DNA of 63,679 nucleotides, counting the filler, from Collodictyon triciliatum (lineage: Eukaryota): NCBI GenBank assembly GCA_043381765.1. It is 6 parts of 6 records of this genome, joined end to end, with 100 filler letters (N's around TTAATTAATTAA, not from the genome) between each part and the next. Parts side by side here need not be neighbours in the genome. Positions count along the whole stretch, not along the records: positions 1 to 10,607 come from JBHJMP010002643.1; positions 10,708 to 21,226 come from JBHJMP010002646.1; 4 more parts are not named here. One strand, given 5' to 3'. Under the pieces are notes generated by a model. That model was not told the DNA's origin, ran no database searches, and was given only the letters and a program-made list of their open reading frames with translations. A program made the position numbers and the translations under genes. Every line of letters begins with the position of its first letter. Position 1 is the stretch's first letter. Shown here piece by piece: positions 1 to 12,496 of this stretch.

Positions 1-350
1 GAAAGAAGAGAGAAAGAAGAGAGAAAGAAGAGAGAAAGAAGAGAGAAAGAAGAGAGAAAGAAGAGAGAAAGAAGAGAGAAAGAAGAGAGAAAGAAGAGAG
101 AAAGAAGAGAGAAAGAAGAGAAAAGAAGGAAAAAGAAGGAAAAAGAAGGGAAAAAGAAGGGAAAAAGAAGGGAAAAAGAAGGGAAAAAGAAGGGAAAAAG
201 AAGGGAAAAAGAAGGGAAAAAGAAGGGAAAAAGAAGAGAAAAAGAAGAGAAAAAGAAGAGAAAAAGAAGGGAAAAAGAAGAGAAGAGAAGAGAAAAAGAA
301 GAGACAAGAAAGAGAAAAGGAAGAGAAGGGAAAAGAAGAGAAAAGCATAT
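1..350. repeat. Purine-rich ~11-bp minisatellite (AAAGAAGAGAG / AAAAAGAAGGG)n; probably intronic to a minus-strand gene
   Basis: Tandem copies read directly; the contig begins inside the repeat. Confidence 0.9.
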
Positions 351-398
351 AAAAAGAAAACATAAATGAAATCGGAAGAAAAAAGGTAGAAAATAAAC

Positions 399-485
399 CT
401 TTTGGAGGGGTTCCAAGTCATCAGCGCCTTCTTGGGATTTTGGTTTTGCAGGCTCCTTTGATCCACCGAATCGGAAGCCAAACAT
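399..485 (-). CDS. Putative first coding exon of an unknown gene divergent from GPI8 (MFGFRFGGSKEPAKPKSQEGADDLEPLQK), 3'-truncated
   Basis: ATG-initiated 29-codon open frame ending at AAG|gtttat, followed by a pyrimidine-rich repeat typical of introns here. No family recognised. Confidence 0.35.
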
Positions 486-1053
486 CCTTGTGTGCTGCTT
501 CTAAGCGTTGCTGTAAGTACGATCATAAGAACGTTGCCGTGGATGTTGAACTCTTCCGAAGAATCCTGGTTTTCTGTTCAGCCACTCTTGTTGACTGAAA
601 AAAAAAAGAAGAAAAGAAACCACACACGATCGCATTGGCTGATGTTGTTTTGTTCTTCATTCCTTCCAAAAAATAAAAAAAAAATAAAAATAAAGTATTT
701 AAGCAGTGGCGCATAACAAATATTGGAATGGATCCCTTCAGCCCGATTTACTCTGTCACAACTTGAAAAGCTCGCTTTGCTCTTGGCAAGAGTTTTATGC
801 GCACGAGAAACCCTCTCGGTAGCTGCATGAAGAGAAACGAAAAAGAAATATATAATGAAAAAGAAGAAGAAAAATACATAATGAAAAAGAAAAGAAAAAG
901 AAAAGAAAAAGAAAAAGAAAAAAGAAAAAAGAAAAAGAAAAAGAAAAAACGAATAATGTAAAGAAAAGAACAAGGAAAAAAGCGAAAAACGAAAAATGAA
1001 GGAAAAGAAAAAGAATAAGGAAAAAGTAAGGTCTATAGTTGATCGAGAAACAT

Positions 1054-3503
1054 ATGTGCTCCTTTTTGGCGCGGGGTTACTGCAAGGTCACTGCTTTGCT
1101 CGGCCTACTAGTTCCTGTCTTACTTGTCTTTGGGGAAGCCCATGAAAATAATTGGGCTGTGTTGGTTGGCTTTTTATCGCTGCTTTACATATTGTATGTC
1201 CGTGCTTCCTGTTTTCTTGTTTCTTTTTTGTCTGTAAATTTTTTTTTTAATCTTTTGGTTGGCTTTGCTAACAACATTATAAAGATCCACTTTTCAAATG
1301 GTTTTTTTGCTTCTGTGAATATTGTCAATATCATTATCATTATTATCATTATCATTATCATTATCATCATTATCATCATTATCATCATTATCATCATTAT
1401 CATTATCATTACTTAAGAGAAAAATTCGTAGGTGTCTACATCACGGTATTGGTTCAATTACCGGCACACAACAAATGTCCTGGCAATATACCAACAAATA
1501 CGGCGACTAGGTACTCGTTTTCTTTTTCTACTCGCTTCGCAGGTTCATGATGTGAAGAATTTTCCTCAGTATTTATAATACCAAAAGCTGGTTTGAGATA
1601 TATATGTAAACTTATTAATAATTAATTAACTCATCTGAGAGCAATTACCAACAACAAGGTATCCCTGATTCGAACATTATTCTAATGCTCTCGGAGGACA
1701 TGGCCTGTAACCCTCGAAATCCTCTGACAAGCTCCGTTTTCTCAAAGATTTCATTAGTGTAACGCATCTATACTTTTTTCTTTCTTTAGATATTTTGGAA
1801 CCCATGCAGATATTCATCTCCTTACATCCTCATTCATTTTCCAATTTATTCTAGTTCTCTTCTAACCGTCATTCCCTTTTCAAATATCTACCTCGCTGAA
1901 ATATGAATGTACAAATTTATGGAATCCGCTTTCATCACAGAGTCATAACTTAGACCACAATACGGTGATTACATTAGGGACTTGTACGAAGAAACGATCG
2001 AAGTGGACTATAAAGGATATGATGTGACTCCTGAAAACTTCATCCGCGTTCTGCTGGGTATTCATATAGATTAGGCCTCATCTTAGAGTGGATTTTTTTT
2101 TTTTGGTTTTTATAATCTTATCCATAGAGATATGTTTGTTCAGTCTTTTCCCTTTAATAGATGATTTTTTTAAATAGCAATACTTAAGCTTAAGTACTTG
2201 AAATAGACCGCCAACATATTGGAACGCCTTTATCCAGACGTTTATTGAGTACCAGTAAAAGCAATATATTGGTTTATATAACCGGCCACGGAGGCGATCA
2301 GTTTATTAAGGTGCAATATCTTCCACTCTTTGACAGAATCAATTTTTTTTCTTAAAAAAAAACTTACATCAATGGAAGTGTAGCATATCCAGTCTATCAT
2401 TATCAAAAAGAATGCATTTTCATTTTTCAGTAAATTTATAGTTTCATGACCAAGAGGAACTTTCAGCCAGTCAACTCGCTAATACATTAAGCCAGATGCA
2501 TGCGCTTAGAAGGTCAGTTATTAGTATGAACTAAATCAAATTATGTTTGCGTTCTATCTTTAAAGTTTACTTAATTATGCGAATGCATTTAATAAAAAAA
2601 AAATTATTGAATACTTGGCAGATATAACGAAATTCTTTTGATCGCAGACACGTGCCAAGTATACCAATCGATTTTGATATTATTATTTTGGCGTGCACAT
2701 AACACTTGTAAGCAAGGTGCTCATAATAAGACGGACGAATTTTTGTACAGGCCATCACCTTATTTGATAAAGTCGAATCCCCAGGAATTCTTTATATGGG
2801 GAGCAGCGGCCTTGGAGAAAACTCATATTCTGTAAGTTAGAATGCCATGACGAGTGCAGTTGATATTCAAATAATGGTTTTATGGAACTGTTGTAGGAGA
2901 GCCTATCTCAATTGATTACATTTGAAATATATGTAGGCCTTCCTCGATAAAGTTCTTGGGGTAACTATGATAGACCGGTTTACCCACAGTCTTCAAGATT
3001 TTCTCACGAAACACACACAAGGAGACCAGAAAACATTACATGATTTTGTATCCTTCAGCCTTTCTAAATTAACTTGTCTAAACAAAAAAAAAAAAAGAGG
3101 AGGGGGGGGGGGGGGGGGGGGGGGGTTGGTGCGACATGAATTCGCCGTCGATGGAAAATATCGTCATACTTTGTTCACTCCGATTATATTTCCTTGACAT
3201 AAAAGTGGTCAACTCTGCGACGTCAATGGTTACTATCAAATCCAGCATATTCAGACAAATTTATGAATCGCACGATAAGTGAAGTAAGACTTCTAGCCCC
3301 AATGCATGTCAAAATACTCTACGCAATTGCTTTCGATCTTTTCATGAGTGCGATATAAAATATCATATATATAAACACCTCATATCAAGTATGCCTTTGT
3401 CTTTTCTTTTCCTGATATATAAAATATCAAGGTGAGATTGGATGATTTCTTTTCTGCGGTGGGCACCGTTCACGGGCTAAAATTCTTTGATGAAATAAAA
3501 TAG
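1054..3503 (+). CDS. GPI8: GPI-anchor transamidase catalytic subunit (GPI8/PIG-K, peptidase C13), ~11 exons
   Basis: Spliced exons give a signal peptide plus NNWAVL|VSTSRYWFNYRH, GIPDSNIILML..DMACNPRNP, IEVDYKGYDVTPENFIRVL, catalytic His motif YITGHGGDQFIKF, catalytic Cys motif IADTCQA, GENSYS, GVTMIDRFT and VRLDDFF. Stop TAG at 3501-3503; all introns GT-AG. Confidence 0.95.
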
Positions 3504-3896
3504 AAGCCGATATATCATATAATATGCTGTTTGTTTGAAACATCAGGTTGTCATCTGCGAATTTGATCAATTCCCGCTAAAAAAAAAATATTCTGGTTTT
3601 TGACTAGCCTCTCCACTAGTCAACAGCGCCATCAATTAAACTTGAATGTTTCAATATATATTAAAAATTCCCTTCAATTTGTGAAAGATGATAATGTCGC
3701 CTTGGTTTGTTAGCCGCGATTTTCTCTTACTATCATAGCAATCATGATGTAATTTGATCGCATAAATTACTGTGCTTTACACCGACCTCGGGACAAAGTT
3801 ATCGACCGCGGATGGGATGCAAATCTTGGGCATTGGAGGGTTTATGTGGTTGCGGCCCAATTGGTTGGGTTCGATTCGTATTCTTTCTCCTTTCTT

Positions 3897-6724
3897 TCAA
3901 ATCTCAAGCTCTTCTGGATTCGTCACCGAATGTACGGCCTTTGCTCCTGGACGACTGGAATCTTCCTCACGTTCGACACCGTGGTCGTTGAGGCATGTAT
4001 CATCATCATCTTTTTCGTCGCCACTCAAACGAGTATCTTCATTTTCATCATCATTCACAGCAAAGTACGTGTTTTGGACTTCGTGATTCACATTTTGGGG
4101 TTGCGGAAGACGAAAGAAATCTGTCGATAACTTCAGCTTCTGCATAAACTCAAGTGTCTGCATATTTTTAACGCGGTAGACTACGATTGAAGATAAGTTG
4201 AATAAATGGTATTCAATCCAAAAAGACTGCTTAGGGATATTTTTTTTATCCTTCCTTCCAATTGTGAGCAGGATGGTGATGACAAGATAAAATGTAATAT
4301 CAATCCATACCTTGTGCGAAATCTAATTGTGAAGCGTTCTGGTGTGATGGCACAGACATATAGAAATTAGATGGGATAACACACTGTCCCTTTTCGGTGT
4401 TTGCAAAAGCTCCTGAAATGTCTAGCAGCTCCTCAGTAGAACTTTCGATTTTTTTCCTGCGTTTGAATGTAGGCCATACATCTTAAAACAAAAAGCCTTG
4501 AAAATATGGAATGTTCATAAGAAAAAAAAAGAAAAAAAGATAAAAATAAGAAGAAAAAGAAAAGAAAAGAAAAGAAAAGAAAAGAAAAGAAAAGAAAAGA
4601 AAAGAAAAGAAAAGAAAAGAAAAGAAAAGAAAAGAAAAGAAAAAGAAAAGGAAAAGAAAAGGAAAAGGAAAAGGTTAAGAAATAGAAATTAAGCATATCG
4701 CATAACTTGTCATAATGGTAGCAATTTTTCTGTACCAACTAAAAGGACTTGGCCCATCTTGGGGAATTGTGATGAAGCCTCTTGTTGCCTGGTGAAGATT
4801 CCATGTCTTTTTCACAATGGAAAGCCATTCCAAATCGTACTCTAAAATTTTTTCTCCTTCGGTGTTGTCTGGCACATCGATAATCTGTTTTTATGTACAG
4901 GAACAAATAAAAGGAAATGAATAAAAAATTTTCATTCTGTTTGAAGGGTATTTGTTTTAAAAAAATCAGGGTATTCTTCAGAGGTGGATTTGCATCACAA
5001 TAATAATTTTAAAAAAACTTTTTTAAACCAGATATTTTTTTCTTTTAGACCTGAAGAAAATCACGATGGGGTAAACATTTGTCAAGTGCCAAGAACTTTG
5101 TGGATTTCCCGTTGGGATGGCGCACTACCGCAGGATATTTTACGTGAAGATGGGCAGAAAACCAATATGCAGGACATAATCCTCTTAAAAGTTTTTCGCA
5201 AGCTGGACTTCCTAGAATCCCTTGCGCGATCTTTTCATATGATAAATCACATCATCAGACATATGCTTGCGAAACGGTGTGTTATTCTGATTTTGTTCGT
5301 GAAAAAGTCTAGAGACAAACCTCGTCCTTTAAAAAGGCTTTTTTCCGTAATAGTTGCTGTAGGTTTCCATGGTTTGGAACGGATGTTGGCCAATCATGCG
5401 ACAAGAAAATGTCAACATCCCCAGTTAATTGCGAAAGCCTGTAAGCATCGAATTCACGAACGTGGTACACACTTCTTATATCAGATTCTGAGTAGGGTGG
5501 CACTTCGTAGTGTCCTGTGAGTGTGAATGTTAGCGATTTGAGATTACTGTACGCAACGAGATTATTGAAGATAATTGATGCGCTTACCTTTTCTATAATC
5601 GTGATGTTTGTAAATTCCAGACAATCCAGCTATGCGAATTCCACCGTATTTCACAACCCCAGCAAATCCCATATAGTAAATATTTGGTGCGACCCAACCA
5701 CCATGGCACCTAAATAAATAAGCCATTTGAACATACCAACTCATGCACATATGTGTTTTGTCGCCAGATGCAATCATCAATAAAGTTCGTATTCATACAG
5801 CAACACTAGTTTTGGGAAATAGATTGTTCCTTATCCTACAATTCGTGATGGTGATTTGAAGCCTCGTGGTTTCCTCCGACGTAGATGGTTAGAACAGGAG
5901 CTTGTTTGATTCCAGAATAATACTCGTAAAAATTCCCAATGGTTCGATACTTTGGGGGACACGCGAGGCACTCAAGGTCAGCCTTGTTGCGTACCGCCTT
6001 TGCTTGTTGAATTTATAAAACATATTGATTGTAGATGTTAGATAATAATCATGGTGACCTTGCGGTACCTCTTGCCCCGATTCTATATATAAGAGGACAT
6101 AATCTCGTTGTTAAAATTTTAGTTGGCTTAAGTGCTCTTTTTTTCTTTTTTTGGAAAGGCGATATTTATCACTTAAACAATTTAGATAAGTTATAAAAGA
6201 CATTTGTGTTCAGTCAGTCAGTCTTTTTTTCATTTGTATGTTGTTCGATATTGACTCTTTCTTTTTTTTTCTTTTTTCTTTTTGCATAGTGTATATTTGT
6301 GTGTTGGTTCATCGACATTTTACTTTTTATAGCGTTACATATGAAGAAAGAAAAAAAAGGAATGATAGATAGATAGACATCGATTAATTCACCTGAAAAT
6401 CGCCGCAACATACAAGAAGATCAACCTTGATGTTTTCACGCTCTTGTGCGAGGCGGATAGCCTCATAGATTTTATCTAGTTCCCCATGAGTGCAACCCTG
6501 GATTGCGATCTAAGAGGCAAAAGCTCAAGACTTTGGGTTTTCCATCTTGTTGTTCCCGACAGTGAGATAAGCGCGAACAACAGCCAGCCCCAAGCTTTTA
6601 AATTTTTTCTGCGGTATGAAACACATACACCATCACGAAGATCGAGGAGGGTATTCTTTTGGAAGAGATGGAGTGGAAAAGCAAGGCTGAGGTAACAACT
6701 CAGAGCACTTAGAAATACCTTCAT
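3897..6724 (-). CDS. DBR1: RNA lariat debranching enzyme (metallophosphoesterase), ~9 exons
   Basis: [119 protein letters not shown], and an acidic tail ending NPEELEI-stop. Confidence 0.96.
4550..4672. repeat. (GAAAA)n microsatellite in a DBR1 intron
   Basis: Direct reading. Confidence 0.9.
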
Positions 6725-7168
6725 TGTGCTGACTTTGGTGTTTTCGGGTTGCTTCCAGACGATAACTTGCTCTCAGCTTTGGCTTCGGTTTGTGAATTCG
6801 CTAGTGGTAACCTATTTTTTATTTTTCTTATTTTTATTTTTATATTTATACTTATATATATTTGGGGGGAAGGGGGGTTCCACTCCCATACACTTTGTTT
6901 TCTTGGCTTCATCCTACTCTGGTCTTCTATAAGAAGCCCAAAACACAAGAGCACAACTTGAAGTTGTTTGTTAGCGCCTGTAGAATTGGAGCCCAAGTCC
7001 GTTTGATCGTCTTTCCGCTACTTTGGGTTTCCCCTCCTTTTTTTTTTCAACCCTTTTGCCGAGTAGTTAGGAGCGTCAAGAAAGTGTATTCGTGTGCATC
7101 GATCCGGACTTTGGCTGCCACGCGCACACTCCACCCGCTGCAGCTGGCTACCCGCCACAGACACAACG

Positions 7169-8870
7169 ATGCGAGGACGACCACAGCTGAAATTACCTGG
7201 TGGTGAAACACTTACCTCAAAGAAAAGTAACATTCTGCAGGTCTTAAGGCAAACATTATATCAAGGGTGTTCGTGTCTTTGAGAAGGAGATAAAACGCAA
7301 CGGCTCGGAGATAAATTCAATTATTTATAAATTCCAAATATAGAATCCGTTTTTTTTTTCTCTTCCTCGCTTTGATCAACTTCGTGATACTTTTTCAGTA
7401 TTGTACTTTCATGGCCTGGGATGCGCATGATCAGGGCAAGTGATACGCTTATCTCCCCAGCAAGCGAGTTCAAAAGCGACAAGACACGATCACAGGGGAT
7501 ATTCATACCTTCAGTCAACACAACCTTGAACTCGAAAATAAGTCAAAGACTGTCCATTGCCACAGTCGTCCATTTACTCACACTCCCACCCAAACACCAA
7601 ACTATTACTGCTTTAGATTCCCTCATCCCAGCTGGTCTCCAGTTGCAGAAATAACACTTTATTCACCATAGACCGATGGACTCACTCGAGCATATGAAGT
7701 GTCAAGAAACCATCCGGATGTTGAGGCGGATTGTTGAAGAGAAGGATGAGGTTTTTTCTCTCCTCCTCTGATATCATTTTCATCATTCTAGATCAAGACC
7801 CTACATACCTCTGCTGCCACCCTGTTCCTTTTTTTTTTTTTTTTTTGGAAAGTGCAAGTGCGCATCTAATATACAATATAAAAACTAAAGAGAAAGTACA
7901 CGGTAACACCACCCTTTACTTAGCAATCATGTATTTTGTTTCAGATTCATAACTCTATAATCATTAAGAGATAGCTGTATTTTTTTTCTCTCCACTCGCC
8001 TATTAAATGAAGGGTTTGACATACTTGCACATAGAACAATAAAAACATACTTAAGTTATACATTTTTAAGGTGGATCAAAATTCATATGTTGCATTTTGT
8101 ATGTCAGTACCACAGATATTTCTGTCGGGTATAGCTAGATTATTACTATTATTGATAAAAACTGTTGCATTATTTTTTTTGATCACAGATAATTGCAGCC
8201 TTGAAAACAAAGCTTCACGCATTAAAGAATCAAATTGAGATCCAAAAGAGACTTTTAGATGCTGATGTCAAAAAGAACTCACCTAAGACAATCGAAATTA
8301 CCAGAAAAATTGTAAACGTGAGTCTTAGGAATTTCAGGATATATCCATATACGGTGAATTCAGAATAGCATTTTATAGATAATTGTTTATATTCTCAGGA
8401 TGAAGACCTAGATGATATGACCCAATCTTGGTTGGCGACTGAACTCGTGAATCCTGGCAGAATTGCGAGCACCGAGGACGATTCAGAGTCGGAATCTGAA
8501 TGTGAATCGGAGGTCAATCATGGCAGGGTCGAGAATCCTCACCACGACAGACCTTTTTGTAACCAAAATGGGTCTCAATCAATGTCCGATTCATCGTTTA
8601 TAGTGGAGGTTACACAAATTTAACTATATTTTATGACCAAAAATATCATATATATGATAAAATTAATAATTATTATGAAATTCAATAATTCTTAATCAAA
8701 TGGATCTTATGCCGCGGATGTAACTTTTTTCCCGTTCATTATGTTTATTGATTTATGCGAGTCAAAACTAGTCCCAAAAATTGTTTTAATTGACTTGGCC
8801 AATAATAAAATATAATGTAGCCCCTGGACATGTCGGGTTTGACAGTAGAGGCAGTAGAGGTAAGTTCATC

Positions 8871-8960
<90 letters not shown>

Positions 8961-10390
8961 CATTCATCATTATTAACTGAAAAATTATGTACCATTTCAT
9001 CACATATCAATTCAAAGAATAATACTGCAAACACCATAGCAATATAATGATTTGAAGGAAGACACCGATAACAAGACAGAATCGCCACAATCATCTCCTT
9101 TTAAGTAAACTTGAAAATGATGCAAGCGGTTTTTCCATACTTCAATTTTGCCACTAGGCAATATATTCCACAAGAGATATATTATTGTCATTTACATGTG
9201 TCCCATAAATTTACAGAAAAGCACAGGAAAGTTCCAGGATTGCATCCCCTCCTTTTAAAAAAAATACGGCACTAATGTTTAATTCACGTGACGAGAATGG
9301 TTAATTCAGCTTATGGAACTCTTTTACCCTATTTCTCTAATTGCGTCTGAACATACGATTATTATCAAATTGAACTGAATTAAATTAATTTGACAACTTA
9401 ATATTATTAGAGAGAATTTTATCTCATAATCAAGATCTTGGAAAGAAGTCAAAGTCCACAAAGTATCCATTTATAAGATAATAACAAAAATGGCACGCAA
9501 CTCTGGTGATGAAAGAAAACCTAAATATGAAATAAAACCATTTTAAATCGAATAAGGAAATCCAAATTGTAAGCATATGCATTTTGCATATATAATAAAT
9601 CAGTTTCAGTTCATGGAGAAGAAAAAGGGCTTCCTCATGTTACATCTCTGAACCTGTTGCTGGAATACCCGCTATTGCACTCGAAGAATTAAGAAGCTAC
9701 GAATTTGATGCATTTTCCAAATCGCATGATGATCTGGTGCGGCTTGTTGTATACATTTTTCAGGTGATTATGATTTGAGCAGCCTATATCCAGTCTCTGA
9801 GAAAAGATTCTTAAAATTGATATGAAATAGTTGTCCGTTTCATTATCCTTCCATATTATCCCTTCTGTAGTCATGTCATTCTCAATTTCATTTCCATTAT
9901 TTTCACCATTATTTCTTTCCTTTTTCCCACTCTATATCACATATTACACAGGACCTTCACCTTTTGGAGCTCTTCATGATTCGCCCAACAGTTGTGGCTA
10001 ATTTTGTAAAAGCAGTTTCGATAGAGTGAGTCACATAAAAAGAAAAACGACAAAATTTTATTGATGAAAGGAAATAAAAACTTATCTTGATATACGACTT
10101 TATGCCAGCACTGTTATTCATATAATATGAACCTCATGAGGATATGAATATATTTTATATTTCAATTTTACTGATATTTTCGTCCCCTGCGAACTTAACT
10201 GGGCAACACACAGTTAAAACGTTGTTTTAGTAATGTCTACACCCATGGTCATTTGTTCTCCTTTGAAAATGTTGTCCTGAAAAATATGAATTTTTTGCTC
10301 AGGTATAAGCCAAATCCGTACCACAACTTTTACCATTCTGTTGATGTTACTCAGACGGTTTACTATTACCTTATCAAATCTAACGTCAGG
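7169..10390 (+). CDS. Class I cyclic-nucleotide phosphodiesterase, soluble, N-terminal coiled coil; 3'-truncated by contig end
   Basis: Exons encode ELRSYEFDAFSKSHDDLVRLVVYIFQ|DLHLLELFMIRPTVVANFVKAV and YKPNPYHNFYHSVDVTQTVYYYL, the PDEase_I YHNxxHxxDV motif. The start codon and N-terminal exon order are less certain. Confidence 0.8.
8865..8970. repeat. (TTCATCA)n heptamer repeat, intronic
   Basis: Direct reading. Confidence 0.9.
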
Positions 10391-10507
10391 TGCGAATCTT
10401 CATATTCCCTCACAATATGCACAACTTATGTATCATATATTTCTGCTTTTTATTCAACATCAAATATGAAATTGGGGTTTAACAAAAGCCAAATCCTCTT
10501 CATCTCA

Positions 10508-10607
10508 CAGAAAATAGAAGAAAATAGAAGAAAATAGAAGAAAATAGAAGAAAATAGAAGAAAATAGAAGAAAATAGAAGAAAATAGAAGAAAATAGAAG
10601 AAAATAG
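10508..10607. repeat. (AGAAAATAGA)n decamer repeat at contig end
   Basis: Direct reading; the assembly breaks in it. Confidence 0.9.
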
Positions 10608-10707
10608 NNNNNNNNNNNNNNNNNNNNNNNNNNNNNNNNNNNNNNNNNNNNTTAATTAATTAANNNNNNNNNNNNNNNNNNNNNNNNNNNNNNNNNNNNN
10701 NNNNNNN
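10608..10707. other. Artificial contig spacer (44 N + TTAATTAATTAA + 44 N)
   Basis: An identical 100-bp unit occurs five times; the 12-mer places stops in all six frames. Confidence 0.97.
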
Positions 10708-10859
10708 TTTTTCTTTTCTTTTTCTTTTCTTTTTCTTTTCTTTTTCTTTTCTTTTTCTTTTCTTTTTCTTTTCTTTTTCTTTTCTTTTTCTTTTTCTTTT
10801 TCTTTTCTTTTCTTTTTCTTTTTCTTTCTCTTTCTCTTTTTTGGAGTTTTTTTTTCCAG

Positions 10860-12185
10860 TCGAGGTGCGAAGACTACTTTCACATTCGGGTGTATTCTCA
10901 TAAACAGTGCTCGTGGAGCCATTTGTCGTTCCCGAGGCTTGGAGCTGGTCACTTTCTTCTCCAGCAAAGCCATCTATGAGGCGAAAGTTTGGGCAGAATG
11001 TTCTTTTTGCAATCCAGTTTCTGGGCTATCATTTTTTTTATGGATTGTACAGTGATTACTGATGGAATAATACCTTGCATGGATTCAAAAGTCATGGCAT
11101 CATAAGTGGCAAATGGACGTGGTTCACTTCGTGTCATTACGCTGTCTCTTGAATTTGTTGCCAGTTGGCTTGGGTTTCCCTTTCTTTAATGTCATTCTCA
11201 TAATCCGGTGGTCACTTTGGTGGGATGTCATGAGCTTGAGGGATTTAGTAACCATGGGGATGACGAAGCACCCCACTACTTCGATGAAGTGATTTTGCCA
11301 CTGACATTATCTCCTCAATGTCGATCGGCGAGGTTGAATTCTCATGTTTGAGCAATATGATGGGGCGTTCTTCCATATTTTCGATACCCACATCTCCTTT
11401 TTGGGGCCGTTCATAAACTTTTGTCTTCGTTTAACATCAAGCATCGCCCACTAGTTTCTTGCTACGATTTATCCCCTTCTGGCGTATGAAAATGAATTGG
11501 TTTGCCCTTTGACTTGTTGCCGGGCTCTATGTTAATTTTGTACGTATGATTCACGAACACTTGACCAGGCTTCAGTGCTGTAGTTAACTGATGTTGTCTT
11601 GAAATCCAAGGCGCGTGTAGTAGCCTTTGCTTGTTGGTGGTCGCTTGTTTGGCAGTGGTCGACTTGGCAGTAGTTGTTTTTTGGGTGGTTTGGCCTTTGG
11701 GGTTAATTCCTCCTTTGTCGAGGGGGTTGATGATATGTTGGACTTTTTGAGGGCGCATATCTCCACACGATAGTGTCTATCGTATATGACAACACAAGAA
11801 TGTATTTTTCCATTTTTTCCCCAGTACCTGGCCGAATCTAATGAGCGCGTCATTCATACATATTCCTCCGAACTTTGTCCAGTTGGATTTGGTTGGGAGT
11901 GAAGTGCTTATTGCAGGCCTTAAAAATATCGTTCCGGTGGAGCCCCTGTGGTATGTTTGATAGGTGCGTAACCTTGATGACAGTTTTTGCTGGAATAAGA
12001 GTGTATTGGTGATTGAGGAGCTGAAAAGGCCACCCTTTAAAGGACGCTGCTGCATTTTCTTTTCTTGGTGAAGCGACACTGAGCCCAAAAGCTGCATTTT
12101 CCTTCGCAAGCAAGTGCCTATTCGCAGCAAAGATCAAAAAAGTATTCCATATTTGGCATAGTGCGAATAGATACAAAGTCCACAT
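10860..12185 (-). mobile_element. Degenerate intronless coding-like remnant, possibly ORF1 of an L1/Tx1-like non-LTR retrotransposon
   Basis: Joining frameshifted fragments gives KVTHLSNIPQGLHRNDIFKACNKHF..QIQLDK/FGGICMNDALIRF../IHSCVVIYDRHYRVEI, followed by a K/P/T-rich tail. This resembles the RRM-like core of L1/Tx1 ORF1p by eye; there are many stops and no splice pattern. Confidence 0.35.
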
Positions 12186-12496
12186 TAGTACACTTTCAAA
12201 TTCAAAAATTCAAAATTCAAAAGTTAAAAAAACAGAAATAAAGCCTCCAGCACACGGCTCGTGTAACATATCGCCTGCTGTTCAATTGGGATGTGCTCAC
12301 ACCAGACGCACTTCTTCACCCACACCAAGACGCTTGAAGGAGCTTAAGCAGAGGGAGACTTGTGACGACAATAATTAGTCAAGTCTCACACCCAAGAGAC
12401 CTTTGCCTCAGTTCGCAGACTCACCCAACATCGAAACATGCCCACTCTGCCGCCAGATTCTCCAAGCAAGCAACCCGAAAACCAGGAGCCGGGCCA

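Noticed and set aside
3897-6724. Non-canonical (AT-AC/U12 or non-GT-AG) introns
   Set aside because: Every junction I reconstructed in GPI8, DBR1, CSN6, ABHD17 and the exonuclease is satisfied by GT-AG.
10608-10707. TTAATTAATTAA palindrome within N runs, recurring every ~10.6 kb
   Set aside because: It is an identical artificial spacer with six-frame stops, and the periodicity only reflects similar contig sizes. Gene neighbourhoods across spacers are not real.
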